From: Geosiphon pyriformis uo1
Taxonomy: Eukaryota > Fungi > Glomeromycota
DNA: 64,000 nt
Assembly (NCBI GenBank): GCA_016748015.1
Contig: JAAOMT010000028.1
Span: 62,001-126,000 of the forward strand
Reading direction: 5' to 3'
Below are positions 51,688 through 64,000 of the stretch, piece by piece. The notes under the pieces were generated by a model. It was not told the DNA's origin and made no database searches. It saw only the letters and a program-made list of their open reading frames with translations. Positions within the stretch are counted from its first letter, which is position 1; every line of letters begins with the position of its first letter. Made by a program: the position numbers and the translations under genes.

Positions 51688-52012
51688 TGCAATAAGAGTT
51701 GTTAAAAAAACAAATCGATGATTTCTCTCGATTACCTTTTCGGGCCCGATATAAACGGTTTACTTATCCTTGGGACTCAATATTTTGTTTTTTTTATTGA
51801 ACTACAGACGGTGGATTATGTTATATTATTAACGAAAGAAAGCTATGCGTAAATGAATATATTCACAAAGGGGAGAAAGTATATTGTACAAAGTTTAAAG
51901 TCCATATCTACAGAGATCATAAAAGATTTTTCTAAAAAATCAAAACCTTAAAAAACTTGCCATATAGAGCATAGAAAGAAATCAGATCATATAATAAATA
52001 ATATAGATTTCA

Positions 52013-54489
52013 TCACAAATCGCCGAGTTCTTTTTTTATTTTACTAATTTCTAGTTGTAACTCATCCAACGAAGCCTTTAATGTTATCACGTCGTCAAAT
52101 TTCCTTTTTCTGGTCGCTTCTTGTATAAAACCTTGAACTTGTTTTTGTTGTTCTACTAACACGGCCAATTGCTGTCGTGGCTTTTCTTCGCCTTTTACTG
52201 ATCGACTAGATGAGACAGAAAGGGATCGAGGGCGTCCATTTGTCCATGCAGCAAGGATAGCATCGGGGGAATCAGAATCCTCGTCATCGTCCTCGTCCTC
52301 GTCTGGGCCCTGGGTTTTCCGCTGCTGGGGATCATTTTTCAAGATCTTTGGCAGCATCGATAAGGGCAACATATTTTGTTGCAAGTATTGATTTGCAGCA
52401 AGGTGAATGTTGGATTGTAACCGTTTTTCTGAATTATTATTGTGGGGTAATGAATTGATTTTTTTACTAATAAAGTCAAATTGGGCGAAATTATCCAGGA
52501 GCTCCTTGCGTGTTCGAGTAGCTAGCTGATAATCTGCGTGCGTTTGGTTAACGATTTCCTTGGTCCTATGAAGTTCAGAATGAAATACTGGGGTTGAACG
52601 TGATAATTTCTCAAATCATTAATAAAATTCAAATATAAATCTTAACTGTAACATGTCAAGCATGTCTTGGAATTTTGGTAAAGTTTTATCAATCGCATGT
52701 CGGATCTTTGTCAATTTCTAGGATCGAATAAAGCAGTTAGAAAGGATAGCCCGAGATTTTGAAACAATCTCCTCATACCTGATATAGCAAGACTACCTGG
52801 GCCGGTTTGGAGAGTTCCTCGTTGTACTCTCTCCGCCTAAAATTGAAGAACATCTTTGGGTCAAATATTGTATCCTCTATAGTGATCATGAAAATGAAAC
52901 ATCTTCAAATACCTGAACACAGCTGTTCGGCATTCTCGACAAACACGAACCTCCCCAACGGGATCTTGATCCACTGGATCTGACATAGGAAAAGACAGGT
53001 AATGAATAAGATATTCAAGCAGTTTAAAGATTTTTATCGTTGTCATTTAACAAACCTGGATTATTATGCAGATTTAAAGAAACTTTTGATGAGCATTTTT
53101 CACAAATAACACGTCCACATAGCCGACAATGATGTTTGCGATTTGTGATTTTTCCGAATGAAGTCCTATGTGGATAAAAATCATAAATCGGGGAGCAATA
53201 GATTATGAATCAAAAGAGATTGAAAGGGGTATTAAGTTCAAGATAGCACTTACTTGCAAATAGGGCAATTGGTTACGGAGGAATCATCCTCCCATTTTAC
53301 GATTGCCTGTTCAGACACTATTTTCAAGAAAGATGATAATAAAAATATCCTTGCTGTATGCCGTTAAGAAAAACTTGAAAATTTCAAACCTCTACGTCGA
53401 TGCTTAAGTGTTGTCAGAGGTGGTTTTAAACCAGTATTACTGAAATTCGTTGGCTTGGCTGGGGTGGCATATAGCTTTGCGAGCTGAAAGTATCATAGGA
53501 TGGATACCAAATCATATATATTATAGATTGTGGTGAAGCAGCTTTGCCATCCAATGTCATATGAAGAAGCACTACCTTTTCCAGCCTCTTCTCCAATCGA
53601 TTTCCTTCCAAGTGGGCTTTCTCCATGCCTTTATGGCGAGCTTTAGCAAAAGCTGTTGTATGACTTTTCGTGAAACCTATTCAGATGGGGAAAATGGGAC
53701 TAGATTGACACACTTTGAAAACCAGTTTCTTTGGAAAAGAAAACGGTAAATTAAAAATTAATAAATATCGTTACTAAACTAACCCTCGATATCTAAGTAT
53801 CCATCGCGCGATTCAAAACAATCATCGCACACTCGACACCAAGTTCCATCGACTGGATCATGTTTAGCCAACTTATTTAATTTTATTTGTAGATGGCAAT
53901 GGGAATCACAAAATAGCTTCCCGCATCTAAAATGAAAATCAGTGTCAAAATCGAAACCGAATTGAATCGCGTATCGATATTTAGATAAATAGGCATACTT
54001 TCTACAATTTTGCTTTCCATTTTTCAAGTTAAGCTGCTTATCACAATTGGATTTCGTGCAAAAATCGTTTTCGCTAGGAAGTTGCCAATGTCCTTTGGCC
54101 ACATAATCAGGTTGTTCATCACTGATCATACCAACGTCTAGTTCGTTCAACTTACTGATCACTGTTTGTGACAAGTTACTCGAGATGTTAGTGAGTTTAG
54201 TCCTAGTCAGCGGTGCTTTAGAAAGTTGCTTCCCAATGGTATTCTGTGCATTTCGAAACCAATTCAAAATTCCGTCCTTTTGGTCAATCGAAGTGTCGCT
54301 ATGAAGATCGTCGAGATGTTGGTTGAGCTGGAGGAGCGAAATCATGGTTTCGTTACATATTGGACACTCAAGTTGTTGTAGGTTTGAAGAATCATCGAAT
54401 ATTAATGATTCTCGTGGTGAGTTATTTCCCAGGAAAGGTGAAGGTGTTGAACTATTTGAAAGTGATCCACTATCTGATACAGAACTCAT
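52013..54489 (-). CDS. PEP7: Pep7/Vac1/Rabenosyn-5 FYVE-domain Rab5 effector (multi-exon)
   Basis: C2H2 finger CPICNETMISLLQLNQHLDDLH, two FYVE-type Cys clusters (NCRK|CGKLFC...RVCDDC; RKHHCRLCGRVIC...RVCREC), and C-terminal Rab-binding helix EQQKQVQGFIQEA..RKFDDVITLKASLDEL. Confidence 0.9.
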
Positions 54490-54837
54490 TTTTGAAGGAA
54501 TTATTCGTAGCAACGAAAAGGTTGAAAATTTTCGTGCAAGACTTGTGTAAAATGGGGTATGATTGATCTCCCAGCTACACTGATCCAGACCAATAGACAT
54601 TAACGATCAGAACATGCCAAGTGTTTCTTGAATTCAAAATTTCGCTTTTGATTAGTAAATTTATGACCTAACTTTAGTTCTAACAGATGATTATTATTTC
54701 CGTCAATTGAATTATGCAAGCAAATTTTAGTGTCCTTATTTTCGCGGAGCAGAGCTCAACACTAATATTTAATATAATATATATATTTACTATAATAGTA
54801 TGTACATTTTGTGCATAAAGCCAATATTTATGCGATT

Positions 54838-57478
54838 TCAATCCAACCTCAACCCCCTTAAAATCTCCCTCAACCTTGTCTCCGTATCTTCTCGTTCTTC
54901 ATTATGCCAGAACTGTCTACCTCTCTCCTCTCTTTCAAAAACTACCCTCTGAATACTAGAATCAGATGGAGCCACCGGTAAAGAGCCCTTCTCCAACCAC
55001 TTCTTTTTCAACTCATACTCCTCCTTTAAGATGAGTTCATCAGCCCAACTCGGAAAAGCCAACAGACATTGCTGCACTGTATATCGCAGCAAACCAAGAA
55101 TGTGTTCGGTAAACCAGATCAATCCAAAGGTCACGAATACAGAAGCACCGGTCGCATAGGCATTCGTACTGGGATGATAAAGATGGACGAGGGATGGGTT
55201 GGTAATGGATGAGAGCCAGGTGATCATGGTCTATATCGAATATGAAAAGGAAATTTCTTATTTCCTTTTGTTCACTCATTATGAATGAAAAACAGGCAAA
55301 AAAATTACCAAATTATCCAACCACGGCCCAATGCTGTCAGCCCGCGCCGGGATTGGTCTTCTGGTGTGAACGCAAAGTTTAATTGCATCGGAACGAAGTT
55401 CAACCCAATTGTTTAATAATGCAAACACAGGCGCCAAGGGCCAAGCTGGCGAGAACAGGCTCACATATCCATACTATTTAGATTTAAAGCAATTTTAAAA
55501 TGGATCAATGAATAAATAACTTCAAAAGAATGACATACTTGAGTAATCAGCTCAGCATAATCTTCGTAAATCTCATACACGGGCAACGAAACCTCTTTAC
55601 GAACTCTACTCAAAAAGGCCTCCTCATTTTCATCGTCACTAGATTGACTATTCTTCCGATTGAGTGTTCGGTCAATAGTTCGACTGACGCCTCCTGATAT
55701 TATTCGGGTCAAGTAGGGTACGACCAGTTCCATAAATAAACTCGTCCCTTGACCAGTAATGATGAAATATTTAAGCTCAGTTTTGAGTCGCATAGGCCCA
55801 ACTGGCTTCAAGGTGAGAGATAATCCCATAGCATCAAAAATCGTTTGGAAGAATTGACCGATTTGCGCGTTATAAGGAATATAAATCCACCCGATAAAGA
55901 ATATCGAAAGATACCCCACAAGGAAGTTAGCGATAAATATCTTTTGTGTCAGGCTAAATTCGTAATTCGATTCTGTCTCGTTATTTTCATACTCATTGAG
56001 GCGTCGAGCAATTCTTATGTAAACGATATTAAGAGTAGGAACCAATGCGCAGTAGAGAAATGTTGGGAGGTATACCTAATATCATGATTAATTATTTTAG
56101 TTATGCTTGAAACATAAAGGGAAATTTGAGGCTATTACTTGCCACTTGATTTCTGAATGGTCCGGTATAATATTCGGAGATAATTAATTCCAAGACAATA
56201 TAAATAATGAGTACAGCAGCTAGAATCAGGCTGAATAATAATATGACAGGCGCAGCAATGATCCGTCTTAACCATCTCTTCCAGAATGGAAAGTAAGGTT
56301 GCAATTCCCCGGTGATAGGGTTCTGAATTAATGCCTCTTGTTGGAAAGTCGGTCGCCGTTGTTCAACACGAGAAAAGTTATGAACACCCCACCAGATCGA
56401 TAATTCTCGTTCTTTTCGACGCCAAAACTCGGTAAAGATCACAGACCAGATGACAGTAAAGACCGCAAACGGAATTGAATAATCGTTCAGAAATAAATAA
56501 GTTAGCAGACCAGCGACTGATGGCGCAATCAACCATAGGCAATAAAATTGCAGGAAAGCGAAGTAAAAGGCGATCTGAAAGAGAAGTAAATAAATTCTTA
56601 GATTTAAAATAGAAATAGATTTTAGAAAGATAATGTTGATGAAGAATCGTATTTACCTTTTCACCAAAATGATTTCTTAAATTCATTAAATCATGTTTAT
56701 CGATTACCCATTTTGTCGACCAAGATTTTATCCAGTTCTACGAGTTATAAATATATGACGGGGATGATGTATCATTTCTTCTTTTTCAAAGAGGAAACTT
56801 GAAAGTCTATGAATTCGAGAAAGCTGACCTTACTTGATTATAATCCCTATCATGAATAGGTAATAGACTGGTGACAAGTTCGAAATCACCTAAGCGAGGA
56901 TAAATGCCAGCGCCATCGTCATTTGTCGACCGGGTAATGATATCGTGGACCAGCCTTAATCGCTCGGCCTCATTTAACGAGACATCGCTTCCTGAGACAT
57001 TGTCATCATCGATATCTCGGATTCGAACGCCCTTTAACCAGTCGTGAACTCTGAAGACGGATAAAATATTTATACACTCGTTAGTACAATTGGATTTCAA
57101 TTTATTTTCGAATACTCAAAATTCAAAGCCAAAATATTAGATTTTTAAATACCTGGCGCGATAAACTTCTTTTTTTAACCTTTCAGCCGAGCAGAGCACA
57201 AAAATGAATATCATGTCTTCTTGGCTCCGTGATAATTCGCACTCGAGGCCAACATTCTCTAGATTCTTTAAGACTAGTTTGCATGTGTCAAGCAGCTTGG
57301 ACTTAAAGTGCTCTCTATTTGTGAGAAACGGAACTTTCGAATCGATTACAAGAACGTAGTCAGCGAACCCTTCTTTGCCGCCTACTTGGCGCAGCTGATG
57401 AAATATGAGACGCTGTGCGTCTTGAATCATACGGGCTGCAGAGGCTGTAGTTGTTAAAGGGATGTATTCGTCAGCCAT
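54838..57478 (-). CDS. IST2: Anoctamin/TMEM16 (Ist2-like) Ca2+-activated scramblase/channel (multi-exon)
   Basis: LRNHFGEK|IAFYFAF, FTEFWRRKERELSIWWG, RLNEYENNETE, EDYAELITQ, WPLAPVFALLNNWVELRSDAIK and RADSIGPW are anoctamin hallmarks. Confidence 0.92.
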
Positions 57479-58009
57479 GGCTGAAATTTTTCAAACCAAA
57501 ATTTTTTTTTTGCGGGATTTTGACTTATTAACTTTTGTAAAAGCGCAGTAGTTATTGGCTAACTTGTTTGAGCAGAAACCGTGCTCAACACGTTGTTTAA
57601 ACGAGATCTCACGTTTGTGTAATTTCCTACTATGGAAATCCTTTACTTTTCGCAAATTCTCAAATAAATTTTTAATTTTTCCAGTTTGCTTTCCCATTAC
57701 TTTAGGTTTCACTATTAAAACTCACCTCTGATATATGTGTCAAAGTTGAAAACTTTCTTTGTTATGGGAGTGAGGCAGAATTTTGAAATCCGAAACAATA
57801 TTATGACCACACCAAATCTTTTGGGTGCTAATCTTATTTGGACCAGCGGAGGTAAACTGAGACTAAACATGTAATTGGTTTCCTTCGCAGAAAACAAGAG
57901 AAAGTGAAAAACGGAAGTGAACCTGATTTGAAATAACGAAGCGGAGACAAAACTAAGCACCAAACAAATGGATATTTTTATTTTTATTTATTAGGAAAAT
58001 GTAGATATG

Positions 58010-58562
58010 CCACTCCGGATGGATTGTAACCCGCCACAGTAGGTAGACATTGCTAAATAAGAGGACTATTTCCTGCATGAGGATCAAGCAATGCCTGGGG
58101 GACCCCGAGCGCCATTTCATCTCTGTCGATTACAGCCTTATTTGGATAAAAACACGGACTCTTAACGTTGACGGAAACGGTAATGTGCCTAGCAGACCAT
58201 TTTCCGGCGTAATTTTCCTCGCCTTACGATTCGTCATGTTTGATAAGTCAAACGCGGGATGACGATTGCGTCAAACTCGCGAATAAAGAACACAATTACC
58301 CCTCCGTGGATTTCACTCTTCAGATGCAACTCCTTCGTCGTATTTGCGAGACTACTTTTTCGAGTCGCCAGGCCCATCGTTTATTATGCTTTGAAGGAGA
58401 AACGAGGTCATCTGCCTGCTTGGGTTTCGCGTAATTGTCTTTGAGTCTCATAGACCCGGGAAAACGCTTATTTGTTGGTTTGTCGAGAACTCGTAAGTTT
58501 GCCCTCGGATGTAATCTTGTGCAGATAGGCACGTATTGTTTCTGCGCTTAGTTTCGGAGTGG
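58010..58562 (+). ncRNA. Candidate structured ncRNA, block 1 (unidentified)
   Basis: Nested helices 58010-19/58553-62, 58173-90/58527-43, 58200-07/58456-63, 58292-99/58431-38, 58321-26/58409-14 and 58330-37/58392-99. G-U wobbles favour the + strand. No credible ORF. Confidence 0.5.
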
Positions 58563-58803
58563 AAAGGCCATAGCACGCGTTTATTCTTATTACAAAAAAA
58601 ATTGAAATTGAAAAATGTAGTTCTAGAATTTAAAGAAACTAAAATCTTTACTTGTGTCGATGTGAATATACATGAATTGACGAAGTGTGAAGATATGAGG
58701 CATAAAAACGATTCCACGATGTGATGACTTACATGACTGAAACGTAAAAAGTGCTGGCGCACCTTGTAACTAATAATTTTCCCTCACACTGTTAATGGCT
58801 TCA

Positions 58804-59460
58804 TCAGTGATATTAGCAGGAGCTAAATCTCAGCAACCTCTTAAGACAGACGACGGTTGGCATTTTGCTTCTTTAACACGATAAAACGCCCTTTGTTCCA
58901 CCCCATTACGATATTAAAGGCAAATATCGCCAAGCCCACCCGCCGCTTCAAGAACTGCTTCTGAGGGTGGTTGGGATACACCTTGACCAGTTTAGAGTTT
59001 CTCCAGAGAGTCGTCCCTTGTTGCGTAGTGCACTTTTTTCTTATTTAGCTGCTCGCCGTTCTTGCATTCTCCAGATTAAGAAAGTGTCGCTGGAAAAGAT
59101 ATCCTGAGAAAGTTCGTGCTTTTCTGAGGTTTCGTTGTCCAAGAGAACCATGAGTTACAGAAGGGAATATATATTAGAGGAAAGACAAAGCGGGAGACGG
59201 CTGCAATAGGCAACCACAACTTCTGAGGCCACTCTGCGACTTGCCCATTCCAATGTGGCCTTAAGTCCTGGTCGTTTTAACTTGGCAGAGCCGATATCAC
59301 TGAGAAGTTCGTAGGTTGGAAATCGAGAAAGAAGAAGCCGCTTTTGTCGCTTAAAATCCTATTTTGCTTGGCGTTAAAGCGACTGGCATAGAAGTAACCT
59401 TTCTTAATAGCGGAAGTGGTGGGGCAGCGGTGGTAGGCCGCATTATGGAAAAGTGTGCAG
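58804..59460 (+). ncRNA. Candidate structured ncRNA, block 2 (unidentified)
   Basis: Closing helix TCAGTGATATT (58804-14)/GATATCACTGA (59293-303) and several internal helices. CpG-rich with no ORF. Confidence 0.4.
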
Positions 59461-59645
59461 AGAAATAGATGGAAAGAGAAAAATATTAGTTAAACATTTT
59501 CAAGTTATTATTATATAAATCCAGTAATTATTTATTTTTGTAATAATAAAAGATTAAATTCCGCATTCACAAATAATTAATAATTCAGTCTGCTTTATGG
59601 TCAGATGCTCTGAATTTCTCTTATTGTTGACTCAATTCTGAAATT

Positions 59646-61825
59646 ATGGCAACCACATTGAGTGCCTCTAGCAAAACTCCAAAGTCGAGTGGTTCTAAAG
59701 CTAAAAAAGCTAAATCAAAACGTACAGGACGGAAACTTGCCACTAGGACAAAAGTAATTGTTCGTCGTTTACCTCCTAACGTCCCAGAGGAAAAGTTTTT
59801 AGAGTCGGTCAAACCTTGGGCTAACGAGCTAACCACTGACTGGTACGTGTTTTACCCTGGTAGAGTTAGCAAAAGGTAAAGAAAAGACTTGTATATCTTT
59901 GATTATCCAAATTATCGTCGATTTCTTGGTGATCAAACTCTTGGGAACTTTTTTCGAGGTTCATAGCAAGAATAAGGAAAACATATTCTCGCGAGCTTAT
60001 TTTCACTTCAAAACCAGCGAAAATGTGTTAGAATTTCATCGTGGATATGATAATCATTTGTTTATTGACAGTAAAGGTTTGATTCAGAAAGTTTGTCCAA
60101 AATCGTTTACAATTGAAAAACCCAGCTATTAATTCATCAACAATTTTGACCAGGAGTCGAAACGAGGGCTATAGTCGAATTTGCAACTTTTCAGAAATTG
60201 CCCAAAGACCATAAGAAAGTCGACCCACGACAGGGAACTATTGATAGCGGTAAATTTTAAAAAAATTACCAGATCCTTACTACTCTTCTCTCTAGATTTT
60301 ACCCTTTTATATTCAACGAATAGATCTTGATTACCTCGCGTTTGTTGAATCATTGAAGGCGGAAGAAAATGCTCAAACTGCTTCAAAGGAGATTAATGCT
60401 GCCTCAGAATCAGGCGCTACCCAGCTTGAAAGATTGGAGACAAAATTAGCTGCTATTGCTGGTGCGAACTCTATATATTACAATATTTCAATTCAACCAT
60501 CCTAAAATTTCTATTATTTTAATAAACGTCTAAATACAATTATCAAAGCAAACGCAGCTGCTGTCGCAGCTGCTGTTCGAAAACCAAAAACAACACCACT
60601 ATTAGAGCATATCCGTGCATTAAAGTCTGGAACAAAAGCGAAATCTCCAACTTTAAAGTCACCTCCAATGGGTATCTTGGTTTCTCCTGTTTCACCCAAA
60701 GTGCCAAACAATGGATCACCCAACCCATCTAATAAACAATTATTACGTGCAAATAAAACGCCTGAGCTTGTCCCGCGATTGCCTCTGTCGGCTCCTGGAA
60801 GCCCCGGAAAACCAAGTAGAAAAGAAAGAGAGAGGAAGAAGCGAGAAAAAGAAAAAGAAAGAAGAGATAAAGGAAAAGAAAGAGAGAAAGATAAGCAGAA
60901 GGAAAAGGGAAAGGAAGAGAGAGAGAAGGAAAAAGATAAAGAGACGGAGGGTTCTTTTAAAGAACAGGATAAAGGAAATCAAACTCACGAAGCTAAAGAT
61001 GCAGGGAAAGAAAAGGACATTGGAAAAGACCGCGAGTTTATTAGAGAAAAGGAGAGAGAAAGAAGAAAGCAAAGGGATCGTGAGAGACGCGAAGCTAAAG
61101 CACAAGCTGCTGTTGCTCAATCACAGCAGTCACAATACCCGGCTTCGACAACCTCTGATACCAATAATACAAATCCGGATAGGAGTTCAGAAAAAAGTCC
61201 AGAGAGAAGATTTGATCGTAGAGACGCGAAAAGAAAAATCTCCATTCAACAGAGGCAAAAAGATCAAATCCGACAAATAATTCAACGTCCTTCTGCTACG
61301 AAGGAAGAGGAATCTGAAGCGGTTCAACCAACTGAATTGTCAGCTACCGCTACAGCGAAACCAACTTCCCAGCCAGAGAGTATAAATCCATCATCTCATC
61401 CTCCCTCTCCTTTAAGCGCACCAAAAACACCAACATCTCCTACAAGACCTAAAGAGCATCATCCTCGTCGTCGTGACCGTGACCGTGATCGAGACCGCAA
61501 CAAAAGGCAAAGTGCAGAAATGAAACCGATACCTCAAATAAAAATTTTGACCAAACCACCCACGCCTAAGTTAACTGATAAAATATCCGAAAGTCTTCCA
61601 TCTTATGCTACTAGTCCAAATGCTTCATCAATCACCTCTGGATTGACTACTGATATAACAAATAATGGTACCCCGACTATTGTAGCATCCACCAGTTCCT
61701 CCAGTCCTATTGTTGAACCAATTGCTACTGTGAAAACTGCAACACAACAACAACACAATGGTCCCCATAGTCCGTATCGAGGGCGTGGTGGACGAGGCTA
61801 TTTTGGTAAACGTGGACGTTGGTAA
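59646..61825 (+). CDS. UPF3: Nonsense-mediated decay factor Upf3 (Smg-4/UPF3 domain plus charged low-complexity tail); exons 59646-59875, 59967-60076, 60154-60249, 60324-60461, 60549-61825
   Basis: KVIVRRLPPN, FYPG, SRAYFHF, FIDSKG..RAIVEFATFQK and DPRQGTIDSDLDYLAFVESL. All splice phases are consistent. Confidence 0.92.
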
Positions 61826-62387
61826 TGATTCAATCACGACTTAATGTTCTTTGTTTCAATTTCTTAACAGGAATGGAAATCGGCTTCGACAGTGTAGGAT
61901 AAAAAATTCGGTCATCATTTCAAAATGTGTCCAGTGATAATATATCATTTTAACAGCGAATTTTAATTTTTAGCGCTAAATGATTCAACTATTTATTGAA
62001 TTTCATATGCTTTTATTTGTCAACTCAACTGATCAATTTCATTATAATGTACCTCACTTGTTTAAATGCTTTCAAAAATACCAACAGACTGAAATAATAA
62101 ATTATGTAAAAAGGTAATCTATTTTTTTGATTAAGCAAGAATTCAAAAACAAGATAAAAATCCATTTATTTATTCAGAATTAATGTTTAAAAATATGGGG
62201 TAAAAAACTTGTGTCTTCAATTGTAAAAAGTTGGAGAAAAAACTACATAACAAAAATATAAACACAATTATTTAGTTGTACTGTTTTAAAACAAATAAAA
62301 TCAAAATTAAATATAATTTAAAATTTTATTTAAAATTTTTATTATTAAAATTTATTAATTATAAATTATTATTTTTACAATAATATT

Positions 62388-64000
62388 AAATACAAAATAA
62401 AAAAGCTTTTTTATCTTTTTTCTAAAAATCTTAAAAAAAGAAAAAGTTTTTTAAAAATGGTTTGTTTTTGTTTTATTTTTATATTATTAAATTAGAAAAC
62501 TTTTTTGTTTAAGATATAACCAAATACAAAACTGGAAAACTTTTTCTTTTTCTTATTTTTTATGATTACGATTAAAGCAAAGAGTAAAAAAGTTTTAAAC
62601 ATTATTTTTTTTATAGTAACTAATAAAGTTTCAACAAAAAAAAGTTTTTTTATTGTTAAAGCAGCTAGACAAAATATTTTGACAATATTTTCTTTAAATA
62701 TTAGTAGTAAAAAGCTGCCAAAAGCAGTTTTTGAAGCATTTTTATCTTTAATTAATAATTATTTTCTAATTAAAGTTTTTCTAAGAAATATATTTAAATT
62801 AATTCTAGTATTGTTTTTATCTTTTTCAAAAGCCCCAAAGTTTTTAACAGCAATAGTTGCTTGTATTTGTTATTATTATACCAAATTTTTTTTTTAATAT
62901 AAGCAATAATAATTATAACATATTTTTAAGACAAACCAAGATTAATTACTAGCTATATTGTCAAATATAATGTTTTTTAACAGATTTTTGTTAATTTTAA
63001 AAGCAAAATAATTTATTAGGTTATTTAATTTTAAGAATTAAGCTAATTATATAAAAACTAAATCAATTTTTGCTTTTTTGTTTTTTGGTATTGTCTTTAA
63101 TAGTGCTTAGAAAACAATTTCTAATTGTTAAAAGTTTTTTAAATAAATAGTTTTTACTTTAATGCTTAATTCTATTTTTAAGATCAAATTAATCTTGGTT
63201 AATTTTTTGTTTTATCTGTTATTTGGCTTTATTAAACTTAAGTCAGATTTCAAAGATAACATTAAGTTGTTTTATGTAGAATTTGCTTCTAAATTTTTTT
63301 TGGTTGCTGTTGTTAAAGTTTTTATTAATGGTTTTTTTGATATATTTTCTAATAATATAAAAAATACTTTTGGTATTTTTGGTGTTGTTACTTCTATTAA
63401 ATTAAAATCTGCTGGTTTATAATAATATATTATTGTTAATTTTAAAAACTTTTTTTTTGCTGATATTATTCTTAATAACTAATTTGTACTAATTAAAAAA
63501 AATAGTGTTTGAATTCTTTTTTTCTTTAATTAAAAAGAAATTATTATTTTAAAAATTTTTTTTTCAATTATACTGTTTTTAAAATTAGTAATATGATTTT
63601 TTAAGTTAGTAATTATATTTGTTTTATTTTTTACTTTTTTAATTTTTATTATTATTAATACTTTAATATTATTACTTTAAAATTTCATAAAAAACTAAAT
63701 CTTTACTATAGCAAAAACTAATACTTTATATAAATATTATATTTAATAAAAAAACTTCTAAGTGCTATTACTATTACAAATATTAAAGTTTGAACTATTT
63801 ATTTACTAATTACAAAATGTTTTTATTTATTTTTCTTAGGTTGTTTTTTAAGTTAGTTGTTGGCTCTTAATTTTTTATATTATTTATTATTAATAACAAG
63901 TTTTATATTATGATTTTTGTCTCTTTAATTCTTCTTTTTATTGTTTTTTTGGCTGCTTTTGTTATTAATCTTGTCATTAGATTTAGATTGAATTTTTTGG
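62388..64000 (+). mobile_element. Heavily eroded LINE 5' UTR and ORF1 (same family as LINE-B), continuing past the window edge
   Basis: MITIKAKSKKVLNII...KAARQNIL and DNIKLFYVEFAS match MTKAKSKKAVLDIF...KAIRQNIL and DNVKLFCMKFAF of LINE-B. Confidence 0.8.

Noticed and set aside
58300-58326. Minus-strand hammerhead-like CUGAAGA-GUG..CAC
   Set aside because: Followed by GGAG rather than GAAA, and G-U evidence favours the + strand.
57491-58762. Several 60-104-aa ORFs in the IST2-UPF3 interval
   Set aside because: Overlapping on both strands, mostly non-ATG starts, no motifs.
59299-59316. ACTGAGAAGttCGTAGG resembles the post-template sequence of human TERC as I recall it
   Set aside because: No template precedes it, and TER primary sequence is not conserved over that distance; treated as coincidence.
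58010-59460. RNase P/MRP, SRP, group I intron or TPP riboswitch identity for the structured blocks
   Set aside because: Only partial look-alikes (GCGCTTA, CTGAGA, GAGACTA); the required paired motif sets are missing.
60711-61280. Alternate-frame and antisense ORFs in UPF3
   Set aside because: By-products of purine-rich low-complexity coding sequence.

Overview
AT-rich eukaryotic (fungal) genomic DNA with GT-AG introns. A CblD/MMADHC gene and the repeat families point to an early-diverging fungus, probably Glomeromycotina (possibly Geosiphon-like); this taxonomy is an inference. The window has three compartments. (1) 1-4.8 kb: a snR30/U17-type H/ACA snoRNA (~936-1129) and a 3-exon forkhead transcription factor gene whose promoter has three MCB (ACGCGT) boxes and a long poly-A tract with an assembly gap. 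(2) ~5.5-46 kb: a CpG-depleted, transition-eroded retrotransposon cluster. It holds two convergent APE-RT-RNaseH LINEs. The minus-strand LINE is interrupted by a 3.5-kb non-autonomous LTR element, by a solo LTR holding a Ty3/Gypsy element that itself holds a second, near-complete Ty3/Gypsy element, and by another solo LTR. Both Gypsy elements carry a Cys-rich insert, a dUTPase and an extra non-env ORF ending at the PPT. (3) 46.4-61.8 kb: a compact gene island (CblD, p24, MBF1, arrestin-like, PEP7/rabenosyn, IST2/TMEM16, UPF3), followed by another LINE relic. The best unexplained signals are a ~1.45-kb CpG-rich non-coding region with extensive plus-strand secondary structure between IST2 and UPF3 (candidate unannotated large RNA), and the accessory gene set of the Gypsy family. 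All structure calls are by-eye pairings; no computation was run.
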